64,000 nt of DNA. Source: Balneolaceae bacterium (lineage in GTDB: Bacteria; Bacteroidota; Rhodothermia; Balneolales; Balneolaceae). The stretch spans positions 3,217-67,216 of the forward strand of contig RECI01000207.1 of NCBI GenBank assembly GCA_007694095.1, given 5' to 3'. Of this stretch, positions 48,690 to 58,282 are shown piece after piece. A program made the position numbers and the translations under genes. How positions within the stretch are numbered: position 1 is the first letter of the stretch; each line of letters starts with the position of its first letter. The notes under the pieces are model-generated. The model made no database searches. It was given only the letters and a program-made list of their open reading frames with translations, and was not told the DNA's origin.

Positions 48690-50078
48690 ATGTACAGAAT
48701 ATCATATTTATTGGCAGTGCTTTTCATATTTTCTATTGCTGATGCCGATGCCCAGCGCCGCGCCACAACCTACGAATCACTGCTTCAGCGAACCGATCAG
48801 CCTTCCTCCTACATTGATCAAATTGTTATTCCAAAAAGCGATACAGAAAGTATGTTTGCCGTTTTTTTCCGGCTTGATTATGATTTTCTTCCATTTCTTC
48901 GCAAGCGTCCGGATATGACGACACCAACCCCGGATGCCGAATACTTTTCCACATTGCGGATGGGAGTAGAAGTTTTCGAGGGGCCGGCCCCCTCATCACG
49001 CAGGTCATCCGGGGCAATATCGGTATTTCGTGACAGCTGGCAGGATACGATCTGGGTAGATTCTTTTGAAGCCACCAAATCCCGTTTCGATTATGTTCAA
49101 GGGTTCATCAGCACGGAGTTGGACAGTGGACAATATCACTATGAACTGCAATTGGCCCGGGTACAATCTGTACGTGAACAGTCTTCAAGCCGCAGAACTT
49201 TTCGTGTTTCCAACCCGGAAAATACAACTGAAGCCAATTTTATCATCCTGAGCCAAAACCGGATTGATGGTGACAAACTGCATGCTACACTGATGAATTA
49301 CGGCAATAATGTTCTGTACGGACAGGATTACAGCCTGCTCATCCGTATACCGGAAAAAGAAGAGCTGCAGGAAAAAACCCTGACACTCAATCTATACATG
49401 CTTGGTGCCGGACAGGATTCAGAAGAAGGTGAAATCCGCCATAGTATTGAGATTACCAATGATCATACTGTACATATCAAAAATCCGGCACTCTCAAGAG
49501 TTGATAATAAAGTTATTTTAACGGCGGAAATCACTGACGACGGATACAAATATGCATATGTGGATATCCCAAACCAGGATTTTGAAAACGCCAGATTCCG
49601 GTTGAGCCTTATGGCAGAAGGGCGTGAAAAGCACATAGGTGAGCGTATTATCAATTCACAATGGCTGGATATGCCGGTAAGCCTTTACAACCTCGATGTA
49701 GCTATAGGTATGCTGAGATTTATTGTAAGTGACCAGGAACTGCGAAGAATAAATTCCGGGTCAACAGCCGAGAAAGAACAAAAATTCAGGGAGTTTTGGG
49801 CACAGCGCGACCCTACACCCGATACCGAATTCAACGAGCTGATGGCTGAATATTACAGGCGTATTGACCATGCCTACAAAAACTTCACATCCCTGCAATC
49901 ACCCGGTTATGATACCGACCAGGGAAAAGCATACATCGTTTACGGGCCTCCTTTGAACGTTGAACGAAGACTGCCAACCAATGCTCCGACCCGGGAAATC
50001 TGGCAATACCCGAATCGTACACTTATTTTTGAAGCAACCACCGGCTTTGGGGATTTCAGGCTGATTTCAGAATCTTAA
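48690..50078 (+). CDS. GWxTD domain-containing protein
   Basis: Signal peptide; FREFWAQRDPTPDTEFNE..EYYRRI.HA..NF, GYDTDQGKAYIVYGPP, REIWQYP; start set at the ATG at 48690. Confidence 0.88.
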   Translation: MYRISYLLAVLFIFSIADADAQRRATTYESLLQRTDQPSSYIDQIVIPKSDTESMFAVFFRLDYDFLPFLRKRPDMTTPTPDAEYFSTLRMGVEVFEGPAPSSRRSSGAISVFRDSWQDTIWVDSFEATKSRFDYVQGFISTELDSGQYHYELQLARVQSVREQSSSRRTFRVSNPENTTEANFIILSQNRIDGDKLHATLMNYGNNVLYGQDYSLLIRIPEKEELQEKTLTLNLYMLGAGQDSEEGEIRHSIEITNDHTVHIKNPALSRVDNKVILTAEITDDGYKYAYVDIPNQDFENARFRLSLMAEGREKHIGERIINSQWLDMPVSLYNLDVAIGMLRFIVSDQELRRINSGSTAEKEQKFREFWAQRDPTPDTEFNELMAEYYRRIDHAYKNFTSLQSPGYDTDQGKAYIVYGPPLNVERRLPTNAPTREIWQYPNRTLIFEATTGFGDFRLISES

Positions 50079-50178
50079 TCTTTAAAATTCTTTTTATAAA
50101 CCGGCCGAAATAGTTTAGTGAAGCGTAAACGATTAAACAGCCGGCAAAACATCACCATATATGGCAGGTGTAGAATAA

Positions 50179-50462
50179 AGTCATCAGACGAGTTTTTCGG
50201 AAAATGAGCCATTATAGATGATTGGGATGGTTTCGGGGTGACTCGTCAGATGACTCCACTGCCAGTGCACTTACTGAAAATAGTCATCAGACGAGTTTTT
50301 CGGAAAATGAGCCATTTAAGACGATTGGGATGGTTTCGGGGTGACTCGTCAGATGACTCCACTGCCGGTGCACGTGCAAAAAAAAGTCATCAGACGAGTT
50401 TTTCAAATGAATATTCCATTTAATAAGATAGGTATGATTCCGGATCGACTCGTCAGATGACT
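50179..50462. repeat. Three tandem long-hairpin units, 103-bp period
   Basis: Each unit is AGTCATCAGACGAGT-(47/47/48 bp)-ACTCGTCAGATGACT; units start at 50179, 50282 and 50385. Confidence 0.92.
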
Positions 50463-50571
50463 CCTGTGCTATTTTTCAGATGTCACGATATTGTAATGCT
50501 TGCAATAAAAAATATCAAAAATTGAGAGTCCAGTTATTTTGCTGCGGCTGCGTAAATAGCTATTATTGAGG

Positions 50572-51573
50572 ATGAAACCGATTATTGCCATAAGTATGGG
50601 TGACTATAACGGCATTGGACCGGAAGTAACCCTTAAGGCACTTGCCAGGATTGACACACAATATTCCACACCCGTCTGGATCGGCAGCACGTCTGTACTC
50701 CGGTATTATTCCGACAGTCTGAATCTTCCTTTCACCTTTCATCAAGTTGATAAAACAGGGTCTGTTAAGGATGGTGTATGTAATATTTTTGACCCATTTC
50801 CTGATGAAGAACTGCATCCTGAAGCCGGTGTTATATCCGCTGTTGCGGGAATGGCCGCCATGAGGGCATTGGAGGCAGCAATCCGGCTGTGTATGAATAA
50901 AAGGTATCAGGCACTTGTCACTGCTCCCATCTCTAAAGAAGCGATCTCCCTCGCCGGCTACAACGTGCCGGGGCACACCGAATTCCTGGCTCAGCAAACA
51001 TCAGCCAGTGATGTTGTAATGATGCTGGTAAACGAAAAACTTCGGGTTGCTCTTGTAAGTACACATCTCCCGCTGAAAGAGGTTGTCAATGATATTTCAA
51101 CGGATAAGATCATAAATAAAGCTGGTATCCTTCATCAAAGCCTTATCAGGGATTTTGGTATCCAATCGCCAAAAGTTGCAGTTTTAGGGCTTAATCCCCA
51201 TGCAGGTGATGGTGGTGTACTGGGGATGGAAGAAATTGAAATCATTAGACCTGCCATTCAGTCACTACGGGAAAAAGGCATCAAAGCAGACGGTCCTTTC
51301 CCTGCCGACGGATTTTTCGGAAGCCGCCTGAACAACGCTTATGATGCCATATTGGCTATGTATCACGATCAGGGCCTTATTCCCTTCAAAACACTTTCAT
51401 TCGGCAAAGGAGTAAATTTTACTGCCGGGCTGCCTATTATCCGAACATCCCCCGATCATGGTACGGCCTTTTCCATTGCCGGAAAAAACAAGGCGGATGA
51501 AAAATCCTTCCTGGAGGCATATAAACTGGCAGTTACCATGGCAGAGAAACGAATTTCCACCTACAAGGTATGA
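50572..51573 (+). CDS. pdxA: 4-hydroxythreonine-4-phosphate dehydrogenase
   Basis: SMGDYNGIGPE, VTAPISK, PGHTE, GLNPHAG, GPFPAD, AMYHDQGL, RTSPDHGTAF. Confidence 0.96.
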   Translation: MKPIIAISMGDYNGIGPEVTLKALARIDTQYSTPVWIGSTSVLRYYSDSLNLPFTFHQVDKTGSVKDGVCNIFDPFPDEELHPEAGVISAVAGMAAMRALEAAIRLCMNKRYQALVTAPISKEAISLAGYNVPGHTEFLAQQTSASDVVMMLVNEKLRVALVSTHLPLKEVVNDISTDKIINKAGILHQSLIRDFGIQSPKVAVLGLNPHAGDGGVLGMEEIEIIRPAIQSLREKGIKADGPFPADGFFGSRLNNAYDAILAMYHDQGLIPFKTLSFGKGVNFTAGLPIIRTSPDHGTAFSIAGKNKADEKSFLEAYKLAVTMAEKRISTYKV

Positions 51574-52346
51574 AGCAAACACAGGTTACAAAACCACCCT
51601 ACTCCTCACTGGCTGATATATACGACGAGGTAATGCATAATGTAGACTATGAATCATGGGCCGATTATCTTGATGAAATCATACTTCAGCACCAGCCTGA
51701 GGCAGCCGAAATTCTTGAGCTTGCATGCGGTACAGGGACAATTGCCCTGTCTCTTGAAGAACTCGACTGCTACAACATCACCGCAACAGATGCTTCGGCT
51801 GATATGATCCGGATTGCCAAAAAGAAAGGGGTTCAGGTAAACTCAGAGATTCATTTCCACACAATGGATTTCCTGAACATCAATCTCGCAAAAACATTTG
51901 ACGTAGTTTTTATGGTGTTCGACAGTTTGAACTACCTTCACAACGGTGATGAAATTATAAAACTACACAATGAAGTAAGAAAAGTGTTGAAGCCTGATGG
52001 AATTTTTGTTTATGACTTTACTACCCCGCGAAATTCCAGAAAGGCCATTAGCTACCTCAATAATGAATCTAAAACTATTGATAGAAAATTTCGCTACTTC
52101 AGAGAGAGTTCTTTCGATGGGAAAAACCGCATTCATACAAACCTTTTCCGGATTCAATACCTCAATCACAAAAACGGCTCTGTTGAATCAACCCATGAAG
52201 AAATTCATCACCAAAAAATTTATACTATTGATGAAATGGAAACAATTATTAAGCAAACAGATTTTACTATCTTGCAGGCTTACGACGGATTTGAACTGAA
52301 ACCGGCTCACGAAAAGAGCCTGAGAATTACGATGGTGCTTCAATGA
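51570..52346 (+). CDS. Class I SAM-dependent methyltransferase
   Basis: YSSLADIYD, ILELACGTG, DASADM, DSLNYL, LKPDGIFVYD. Confidence 0.9.
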   Translation: MKQTQVTKPPYSSLADIYDEVMHNVDYESWADYLDEIILQHQPEAAEILELACGTGTIALSLEELDCYNITATDASADMIRIAKKKGVQVNSEIHFHTMDFLNINLAKTFDVVFMVFDSLNYLHNGDEIIKLHNEVRKVLKPDGIFVYDFTTPRNSRKAISYLNNESKTIDRKFRYFRESSFDGKNRIHTNLFRIQYLNHKNGSVESTHEEIHHQKIYTIDEMETIIKQTDFTILQAYDGFELKPAHEKSLRITMVLQ

Positions 52347-53023
52347 CGGGAAACGGCGTTATCCAGCTTCACAATGTATCGGTTACCTATAATGGAAATA
52401 ACCGTGTTCTAAACAGTATCGACTTTCACCTTGATACCGGTGAGTTTTGCTATGTAATCGGAAAAACCGGTTCCGGAAAAAGTTCTTTGCTAAAACTGCT
52501 CTACAGTGATGTAAAACCCGATAAAGGGTTGGTTTATGTAGCAGATTATGATGTAACAAACATACCGGAAAAAATGGTACCCTACCTCAGGCGCAGGCTT
52601 GGGGTTGTTTTCCAGGATTTTCATTTGCTCCCCGATCGTAGTGCATTCGATAATGTTGCTTTCGCTCTGCGGGTAACCGGCCATGGCAATCGTTTCATCA
52701 AAAACCGGGTTCTCGAAGTACTTGGCCTTGTTGGGCTCAGTCACAAAAGAAACGCGATGCCCAACGACCTTTCGGGAGGAGAAAAACAACGGGTTGTTAT
52801 TGCACGGGCACTTGCAAACGAACCCCGGCTTCTCCTCGCTGATGAGCCAACAGGCAACCTTGATCCAGAAGCAAGTGCTTCAATCATGGAGCTTCTTCAG
52901 CACATAAATAACCGGGGGATGGCAGTGCTGATGGTTACTCACGATTACGATGTTATCAGGAAATTTCCTCACAGGACAGTTCAGATTTCAAATGGCGGTC
53001 TGCAGGATGTAAAGGTTATTTGA
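52343..53023 (+). CDS. ftsE: Cell division ATP-binding protein FtsE-like
   Basis: [48 protein letters not shown]. Confidence 0.85.
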   Translation: MTGNGVIQLHNVSVTYNGNNRVLNSIDFHLDTGEFCYVIGKTGSGKSSLLKLLYSDVKPDKGLVYVADYDVTNIPEKMVPYLRRRLGVVFQDFHLLPDRSAFDNVAFALRVTGHGNRFIKNRVLEVLGLVGLSHKRNAMPNDLSGGEKQRVVIARALANEPRLLLADEPTGNLDPEASASIMELLQHINNRGMAVLMVTHDYDVIRKFPHRTVQISNGGLQDVKVI

Positions 53024-53140
53024 TCACCTGAACAATTCACTAACCTGCCTCAAGATCTGTAAACCTGATAACTAACCCGGAATTTCCCACAAAGTGATCC
53101 CTTCGGGGCAAAATTTATAGACCCTAATAATTTGCGATAG

Positions 53141-53170
53141 ACCGAATAACCGATAAACCGAATAACCGAT
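53141..53170. repeat. Octamer-register tandem repeat
   Basis: ACCGAATA ACCGATAA ACCGAATA ACCGAT between the convergent ftsE and btuB genes. Confidence 0.7.
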
Positions 53171-53306
53171 TTTTTTCCTATTCGTAAATTAGTCATTCAG
53201 TTCATCGCAAATAAAATGATGATTAACATGTTGGTATTATCAGCGCTCTAAGCAATTAATTTACATCTACCTCCAATCCAGTGTAATACTGTTTTTTTTG
53301 GCATCA

Positions 53307-55208
53307 TCATAATCGGAAGCGCAGCCCGGCGTTTGCATGCAGTCCCATGGTATTGAAACCGTATACCTCGGTAAAATCGGTATTCAAAAGGTTCCGGATA
53401 TTGCAAAAAATAGCCAGGGATTGGTCAAAAATTGAAAATTCAGCGTATGCGTTCACCAAAAAATAGGACTCGAGAATTACATCTTCAGGCATGAAATTAT
53501 TCTCAGGATTAAAAAACAGGTCGGTGCGCTCACCAACAAATTCACCATCGAGCTGCACAAACAGGCCATTGCCAAAACGGTACGATCCATAAAATCCCAT
53601 TGCATGTTTCGGTTTCCGGATCAGCCCATCGGCCGAAAGGCGGTTTCCGGATCCGTCAAGGGTAATTGTTTCGCCTGTGAGATAGTTATAATGACCGCCA
53701 AATGTAAAAGCCGGTGATAAAATCCAGTTGGCTGCCACTTCAAAACCGGAAGCTTCTTCACGGTCCCGGTTAATGTATCCCGGATCAAATGTGTAAACAA
53801 TCAGGTTTTTTATATCTCTTTTAAAATAGTGGGCTTCCAGTTTTAGTGACCGGTTCATGAAATAACTTTCCGCGCCGAAGCGAAATTCCGAGCTTGTTTC
53901 AGGATCAAGGTTAGGATTCGGGCCAAACGGGCCGAACAGCTCATTCAGGGTTGGCGCTTTAAAACCGGTGCCGTACGATGAATGCAGCTTCAGCCTGTCA
54001 TGAAACGAGTAGGAAGGAGCCAAACTAAATGTTGAATTACTGCCGTATTCTGAATGATTATTGAGCCTGTATCCGGCTTCCATTGAAATTCCCCGCAAGT
54101 TCCTCATCAGAACAGTAGCGTATGGACTTGTGAAAGATGCTGTGGCCTCATCAGCGAAATCTGTTTCAGGCAGGCTTCCATCCTGTACATTTACGCCGGC
54201 CAGGATTGTAAAAAATTGGTTCAGCCGGTAGGAGCCAAACAGGTCGGCGTTATGAAACCTCCCTTCAAATTCACTCTCACCAAACTGGGATGAAAAAAGC
54301 CTGTCGGTATAGGTATAGCTATAATTTCCGTTGAAACGAATATCACCTCTTTCGAACAAAATCCGGGCGCCCGGGTTGAACATATCCAGCGAAAAAGTGT
54401 TCGGGGCATCCATAAATGCATCCGCATCAAATTCCCCGTCATAAGAAGTTACATTCAAAAATGGAGTGATTGATAAACTTTTTGTCGGTTGAAATGTCAC
54501 TTTGCCGTAAAATGAATCAAGCTGAAAGCCGTCGTTTTCAAATGAGCCGGCCCCCGAAGGGTCGGCAGCAGCACTAATACCGTCACTCGATTCCCGGTTG
54601 TAGCTTGCGTAATACCTTACCCGGTCGCTCAGCGAACCGTTCAAACCCAGTGTTCCCGTAAAGGTGTTGTAAGCACCATAGGAGATGCGTCCTTCCGTTT
54701 GTATGAGATTCTCTGACCCTTTTTTTGTGATGATATTGATAACTCCTGCAAGCGCATCTGTTCCATAGAGTGCAGACTGATTACCCTTGAGGATTTCAAT
54801 TCGTTCGATATTGTTTACAGGAAGCAGCCTGAGATCGATTGCACCACCAACACCAGACGGATCTTTTACCGCCATGCCATCGATTAATATGAGGGTATAT
54901 TCGCCGCCTGCTCCCTGCAGAAAAAGGCTTTGATTGGTGCCTGGCGTTCCCTGGGAGTTATTGACCCGGATTCCGCTCTGCCTGTTTAGAAGCTGGCTGA
55001 AATCACGTGCTGCACTCTGTTCAATCTCCTGCCTGTTTATAACTACCACCGGACGGGTGGTTTCGCGCAGTGATACGGGAATTTTTGTACCAGTGATAAT
55101 GATGTCGTCCAGTTGAAGGGTATCGGAAATGAACGGTGTGTTTTGTGCATTCAGTGCCGGGACACTTAAAAATGTCACAATAATCAAGAAAGTTAAGATT
55201 TTGCTCAT
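53307..55208 (-). CDS. btuB: TonB-dependent cobalamin receptor
   Basis: TonB box (LDDIIITGTK), plug LILIDG..NIERIEILKG..ALYG.DALAGVINIITK, GFKAP.L.ELFG, C-terminal F/L-rich strand; directly downstream of a B12 riboswitch. Confidence 0.88.
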   Translation of the reverse strand: MSKILTFLIIVTFLSVPALNAQNTPFISDTLQLDDIIITGTKIPVSLRETTRPVVVINRQEIEQSAARDFSQLLNRQSGIRVNNSQGTPGTNQSLFLQGAGGEYTLILIDGMAVKDPSGVGGAIDLRLLPVNNIERIEILKGNQSALYGTDALAGVINIITKKGSENLIQTEGRISYGAYNTFTGTLGLNGSLSDRVRYYASYNRESSDGISAAADPSGAGSFENDGFQLDSFYGKVTFQPTKSLSITPFLNVTSYDGEFDADAFMDAPNTFSLDMFNPGARILFERGDIRFNGNYSYTYTDRLFSSQFGESEFEGRFHNADLFGSYRLNQFFTILAGVNVQDGSLPETDFADEATASFTSPYATVLMRNLRGISMEAGYRLNNHSEYGSNSTFSLAPSYSFHDRLKLHSSYGTGFKAPTLNELFGPFGPNPNLDPETSSEFRFGAESYFMNRSLKLEAHYFKRDIKNLIVYTFDPGYINRDREEASGFEVAANWILSPAFTFGGHYNYLTGETITLDGSGNRLSADGLIRKPKHAMGFYGSYRFGNGLFVQLDGEFVGERTDLFFNPENNFMPEDVILESYFLVNAYAEFSIFDQSLAIFCNIRNLLNTDFTEVYGFNTMGLHANAGLRFRL

Positions 55209-55342
55209 GGTTTAATAGATTATAAGTTGAACCTATGAGCTTTCGTTGAAAAAAAGATTGGGTATAGCTGCACTTTCTGCAAGCAGAAGTGATATGCATT
55301 CCCGGCCTTTCCTCCGAAAGCCTGTGAAATAATAAGTGGCAG

Positions 55343-55516
55343 ACAGGCAGGTCTTCTGGCTTGCTCAGTGCCGGCAAGCCTTCCCATCCCGGCAAATCTG
55401 TCGGGACAGTGGCAAAGATCGGCTGACACATTTTTATGAGCTTACAGCTACGGGGATAGCTCCGGATTTAAACCGGATTCCCTTTTCATCCCATCCGAGA
55501 AAGAGAGGAACCTGTT
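55343..55516 (-). ncRNA. Cobalamin riboswitch
   Basis: Minus strand: AGGTTCC..AAAAGGGAATCCGGTTTAAATCCGGAGCTATCCCCGTAGCTGTAA..GCCACTG..GGGAAGG..AGCCAGAAGACCTGCC (B12 box). Confidence 0.93.
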
Positions 55517-55641
55517 GCTGATAGATAGTACAGTGATTTAGGCTGGATGTCAACGCCAATTTTTCCCCATGTAATCAACATCATTTTTATAAAGATCTGA
55601 TTTCCATTATTTTTTAGTGTCAGAACTAACTAAATAGCAGT

Positions 55642-56949
55642 ATGGAGATTAAACAACAGGCAACAGAAATTTTCAAATCGACGCTTAAACTCGTAAATCC
55701 AGAGGAATTTTTACCGGAAATATTATCCTGGAATAAGGGTGAAAGGGTGCTCAGGATTTATGACCGGGCATTTGAATTACAGCAAGAAACCGGAATTTTT
55801 GTCATCGGAACCGGGAAAGCTTCACCGACTATGGCAGCAGCTTGCGAAAAAATACTTGGCCAGGATCTTGCTCAAGGAATGATCATAGCACCACCTGACT
55901 CTAAAATAAAACCCGGCCTCGTAACCATGCTGGAAGGTTCCCATCCCCTTCCGGATGGGAAAAGTCTCGCGGCATCTGAAGAGCTTCTTGCATTCATTGG
56001 CAAAATACCTGACGGTTCTGTCGTCATAAATGTACTTTCCGGAGGTACTTCATCTCTTCTGTGCCTGCCGGCAGAAGGAATCAGCATTGCCGAGATGCGT
56101 AAAGTTTATAAGTTGTTACTCGAATCAGGTGCATCCATACACGAAGTAAATACTGTAAGAAAAACACTGTCGCAGATTAAAGGTGGTCAATTGCTGAACC
56201 ATCTGAGGCAAACAATCCTTCTGGACCTTGTAATTTCTGACGTTCCTGATGATGATCTCCGCTACATTGGCAGCGGCCCCACAACCGCGCAGGAAATTTC
56301 ATTTACTGACGCAAAAGAAATAGCTGATAAGTATGATATCTGGAAACAATTTCCTGGATCAGTAAAAGCTCACATCCTGAAAAAGATGGAAAAAGATGGC
56401 ATAACAGTTACACAGGACTTTAAAACCCATCAAACCTGGATTGTTTCATCAGCATCAAAAGTTGCGAACAGGACAAAACTGCTGCTAGAAGAAAATGGTT
56501 ATGAGACAGAATTAATCCATCCCGCCTGGACAGGACTTATCGATGATTTTGAAGAAAATATAATGGATTCTATTCGAAATAAGATTTATGACAAAAGAGG
56601 AAGAAAAGCACTTGTTTTCTATGGTGAATGCACTGTTAAAGTAACAGGCCAGGGGCTGGGGGGCCGAAACCAGGAGCTGGCATTGAGGCTGGCCAGGCAT
56701 TTAAAAGATTGCGGGCAAAATATCGCTTTCCTGAGTGCCGGAACAGATGGAATTGACGGACCCACAGATGCGGCCGGATCAGTGGTGGATCAAAACACCT
56801 GGAATAAGGCAGAAGAGAAAGATCTTGATCCAGAATATTTCATCAGAAATAATGACAGCTACAACTTCTTCAAGGAAGCAGGCGGACATATCATTACCGG
56901 ACCAACAGGAAACAATGTGATGGACATCCAGATTGTACTAAAGGTCTGA
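55642..56949 (+). CDS. Glycerate 2-kinase (TtuD/MOFRL family)
   Basis: GTGKAS, GSHPLPD, LSGGTSSLL, VRKTLSQIKGG, SDVPDDD..IGSGPT, GGRNQE, GTDGIDGPTDAAG, GPTGNNVMD. Confidence 0.93.
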   Translation: MEIKQQATEIFKSTLKLVNPEEFLPEILSWNKGERVLRIYDRAFELQQETGIFVIGTGKASPTMAAACEKILGQDLAQGMIIAPPDSKIKPGLVTMLEGSHPLPDGKSLAASEELLAFIGKIPDGSVVINVLSGGTSSLLCLPAEGISIAEMRKVYKLLLESGASIHEVNTVRKTLSQIKGGQLLNHLRQTILLDLVISDVPDDDLRYIGSGPTTAQEISFTDAKEIADKYDIWKQFPGSVKAHILKKMEKDGITVTQDFKTHQTWIVSSASKVANRTKLLLEENGYETELIHPAWTGLIDDFEENIMDSIRNKIYDKRGRKALVFYGECTVKVTGQGLGGRNQELALRLARHLKDCGQNIAFLSAGTDGIDGPTDAAGSVVDQNTWNKAEEKDLDPEYFIRNNDSYNFFKEAGGHIITGPTGNNVMDIQIVLKV

Positions 56950-57276
56950 AATCCCATCCGGGCTCCAGAAATGTTTTTCGATATTAACGGTATAGTCTTC
57001 CGTAAACTCAACTCCCTCCTGCTGAAGCCGTTCGCGCATGGAATCACCGGGAAACCATCCCCTGCCGGTCAGCTGACCCAAACGGTTTACAACGCGGTGA
57101 GCCGGAACCTTTTCGCCACCGGGATTATGTACCAGGTTATTCAGTGCGTAACCCACCATCCGCGCCCCGCTCTCCACGCCCAGGTGCCGTGCAATTGCCC
57201 CATAGGTAGTCACTCTTCCAAAGGGAATCTTTGCCACAACCTCATATACACCGAAGTAAAAGTCCATTTTTTTCAT
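56938..57276 (-). CDS. Alkyltransferase-like (ATL, MGMT family) protein
   Basis: IPFGRVTTYGAIA, ARMVGYAL, PAHRVV (Ala in place of the acceptor Cys), LQQEGV. Confidence 0.9.
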   Translation of the reverse strand: MKKMDFYFGVYEVVAKIPFGRVTTYGAIARHLGVESGARMVGYALNNLVHNPGGEKVPAHRVVNRLGQLTGRGWFPGDSMRERLQQEGVEFTEDYTVNIEKHFWSPDGISDL

Positions 57277-57414
57277 CTATGGAAAGTAGTAAAAAAAATA
57301 AATGTGAGTATGTGTTACCATAATCACCCGCATCATCCCTGGCATACCCTGGAGTCTCCAAACTTTACCATGTTATGATCTATATCAACATCATTAGATT
57401 TCAGCGCAGGTTTG

Positions 57415-57486
57415 AACCCAAAAAAGCCGTTAGGCCTTTTTTGCCCTCCGGGCAAAATTGTCATTGGTCAATGACAATTTTGGGTT
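57415..57486. repeat. Nested palindromic element upstream of the TA module
   Basis: AAAATTGTCATT-GGTC-AATGACAATTTT (57454-57481), TTTGCCC-TCC-GGGCAAA, outer AACCCAAAA / TTTTGGGTT. Confidence 0.55.
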
Positions 57487-57565
57487 GAAAATCTTTTCAG
57501 GTAGTGACCAATGGCAGTTCGTGATAGCAGCGTATGGACGAGCCAAATAAAGAATAACAAAAAAC

Positions 57566-57601
57566 TTTACTTATTCACATAAATATGCTAATATGTGTAC
57601 A
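57566..57601 (+). promoter_or_regulatory. Sigma70-like promoter with an overlapping inverted-repeat operator; probable leaderless start
   Basis: TTTACT (57566-57571)-17 bp-TAATAT (57589-57594), ATG at 57601; CACATA (57576-57581) / TATGTG (57592-57597). Confidence 0.55.
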
Positions 57602-57864
57602 TGAGAACAACGATAGATCTTCCCGATCCTCTAATGAAAAAGGCCAAAATGAAGGCTATTGAGCGTGGTGTAACATTAAAAGAACTCTTTACCGAAATGC
57701 TTGAAAACGAATTGCAGGAACCAACAGAAATAAAAACAGAAGCCCCCTGGAAAGCTTTGCATGGAAAAGGTTCAACTTCAGGTCTTCAGCCAGATGATAC
57801 ACCATTCGATGACTACTCAGGCCCCGATTGGCTGCAGTCAGTACAGGTTAATGAACCCGATTAA
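57601..57864 (+). CDS. Ribbon-helix-helix antitoxin (VapB-like)
   Basis: MRTTIDLPDPLMKKAKMKAIERGVTLKEL; 2 bp upstream of a PIN gene. Confidence 0.8.
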   Translation: MRTTIDLPDPLMKKAKMKAIERGVTLKELFTEMLENELQEPTEIKTEAPWKALHGKGSTSGLQPDDTPFDDYSGPDWLQSVQVNEPD

Positions 57865-57866
57865 TT

Positions 57867-58268
57867 GTGGTACTGCTCGATACTCACATCTGGCTTTGGT
57901 GGCTGCTCGGAGATGGCAACCTGAAAAAACATGAACGCGAAGCACTTGATAATCTGGCTGCCAAAAAAAAGCTTTGCATCTCATGGACCACCCTCTGGGA
58001 AGCCGAATTGCTTGAAAGAAAAGGAAGAATTACCCTGTTACCCGATTTTCAAAGTTGGATTCTCAAGGCAACGGACCCATCCTTTCTGACGGTGCTTCCG
58101 GTTGATCTCGATGTTATCCTTGCCCAGCGCAAACTGCCAGGTTCTTTTCATGCAGATCCTGCCGACCGCCTGATTGCTGCGACAGCCCTTCTTTCAGGAT
58201 ATGAACTTGCTACGTATGACGGACGCATCCGTGATTCTGAATCGTGCAAAATCTGGAAAGCCCAATGA
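57867..58268 (+). CDS. PIN-domain type II toxin (VapC-like)
   Basis: LLDTHIWLWW, TLWE, FHADPADRLIAATA, LATYD. Confidence 0.9.
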   Translation: MVLLDTHIWLWWLLGDGNLKKHEREALDNLAAKKKLCISWTTLWEAELLERKGRITLLPDFQSWILKATDPSFLTVLPVDLDVILAQRKLPGSFHADPADRLIAATALLSGYELATYDGRIRDSESCKIWKAQ

Positions 58269-58282
58269 CGGTTTTCTGGATA

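Noticed and set aside
50179-50462. CRISPR array
   Set aside because: The intervening sequences of units 1 and 2 are nearly identical rather than unique spacers, the repeats alternate in orientation, and no cas genes are present.
56938-57276. Inactive MGMT as a novelty
   Set aside because: PAHR in place of PCHR is characteristic of the established alkyltransferase-like (ATL) family.
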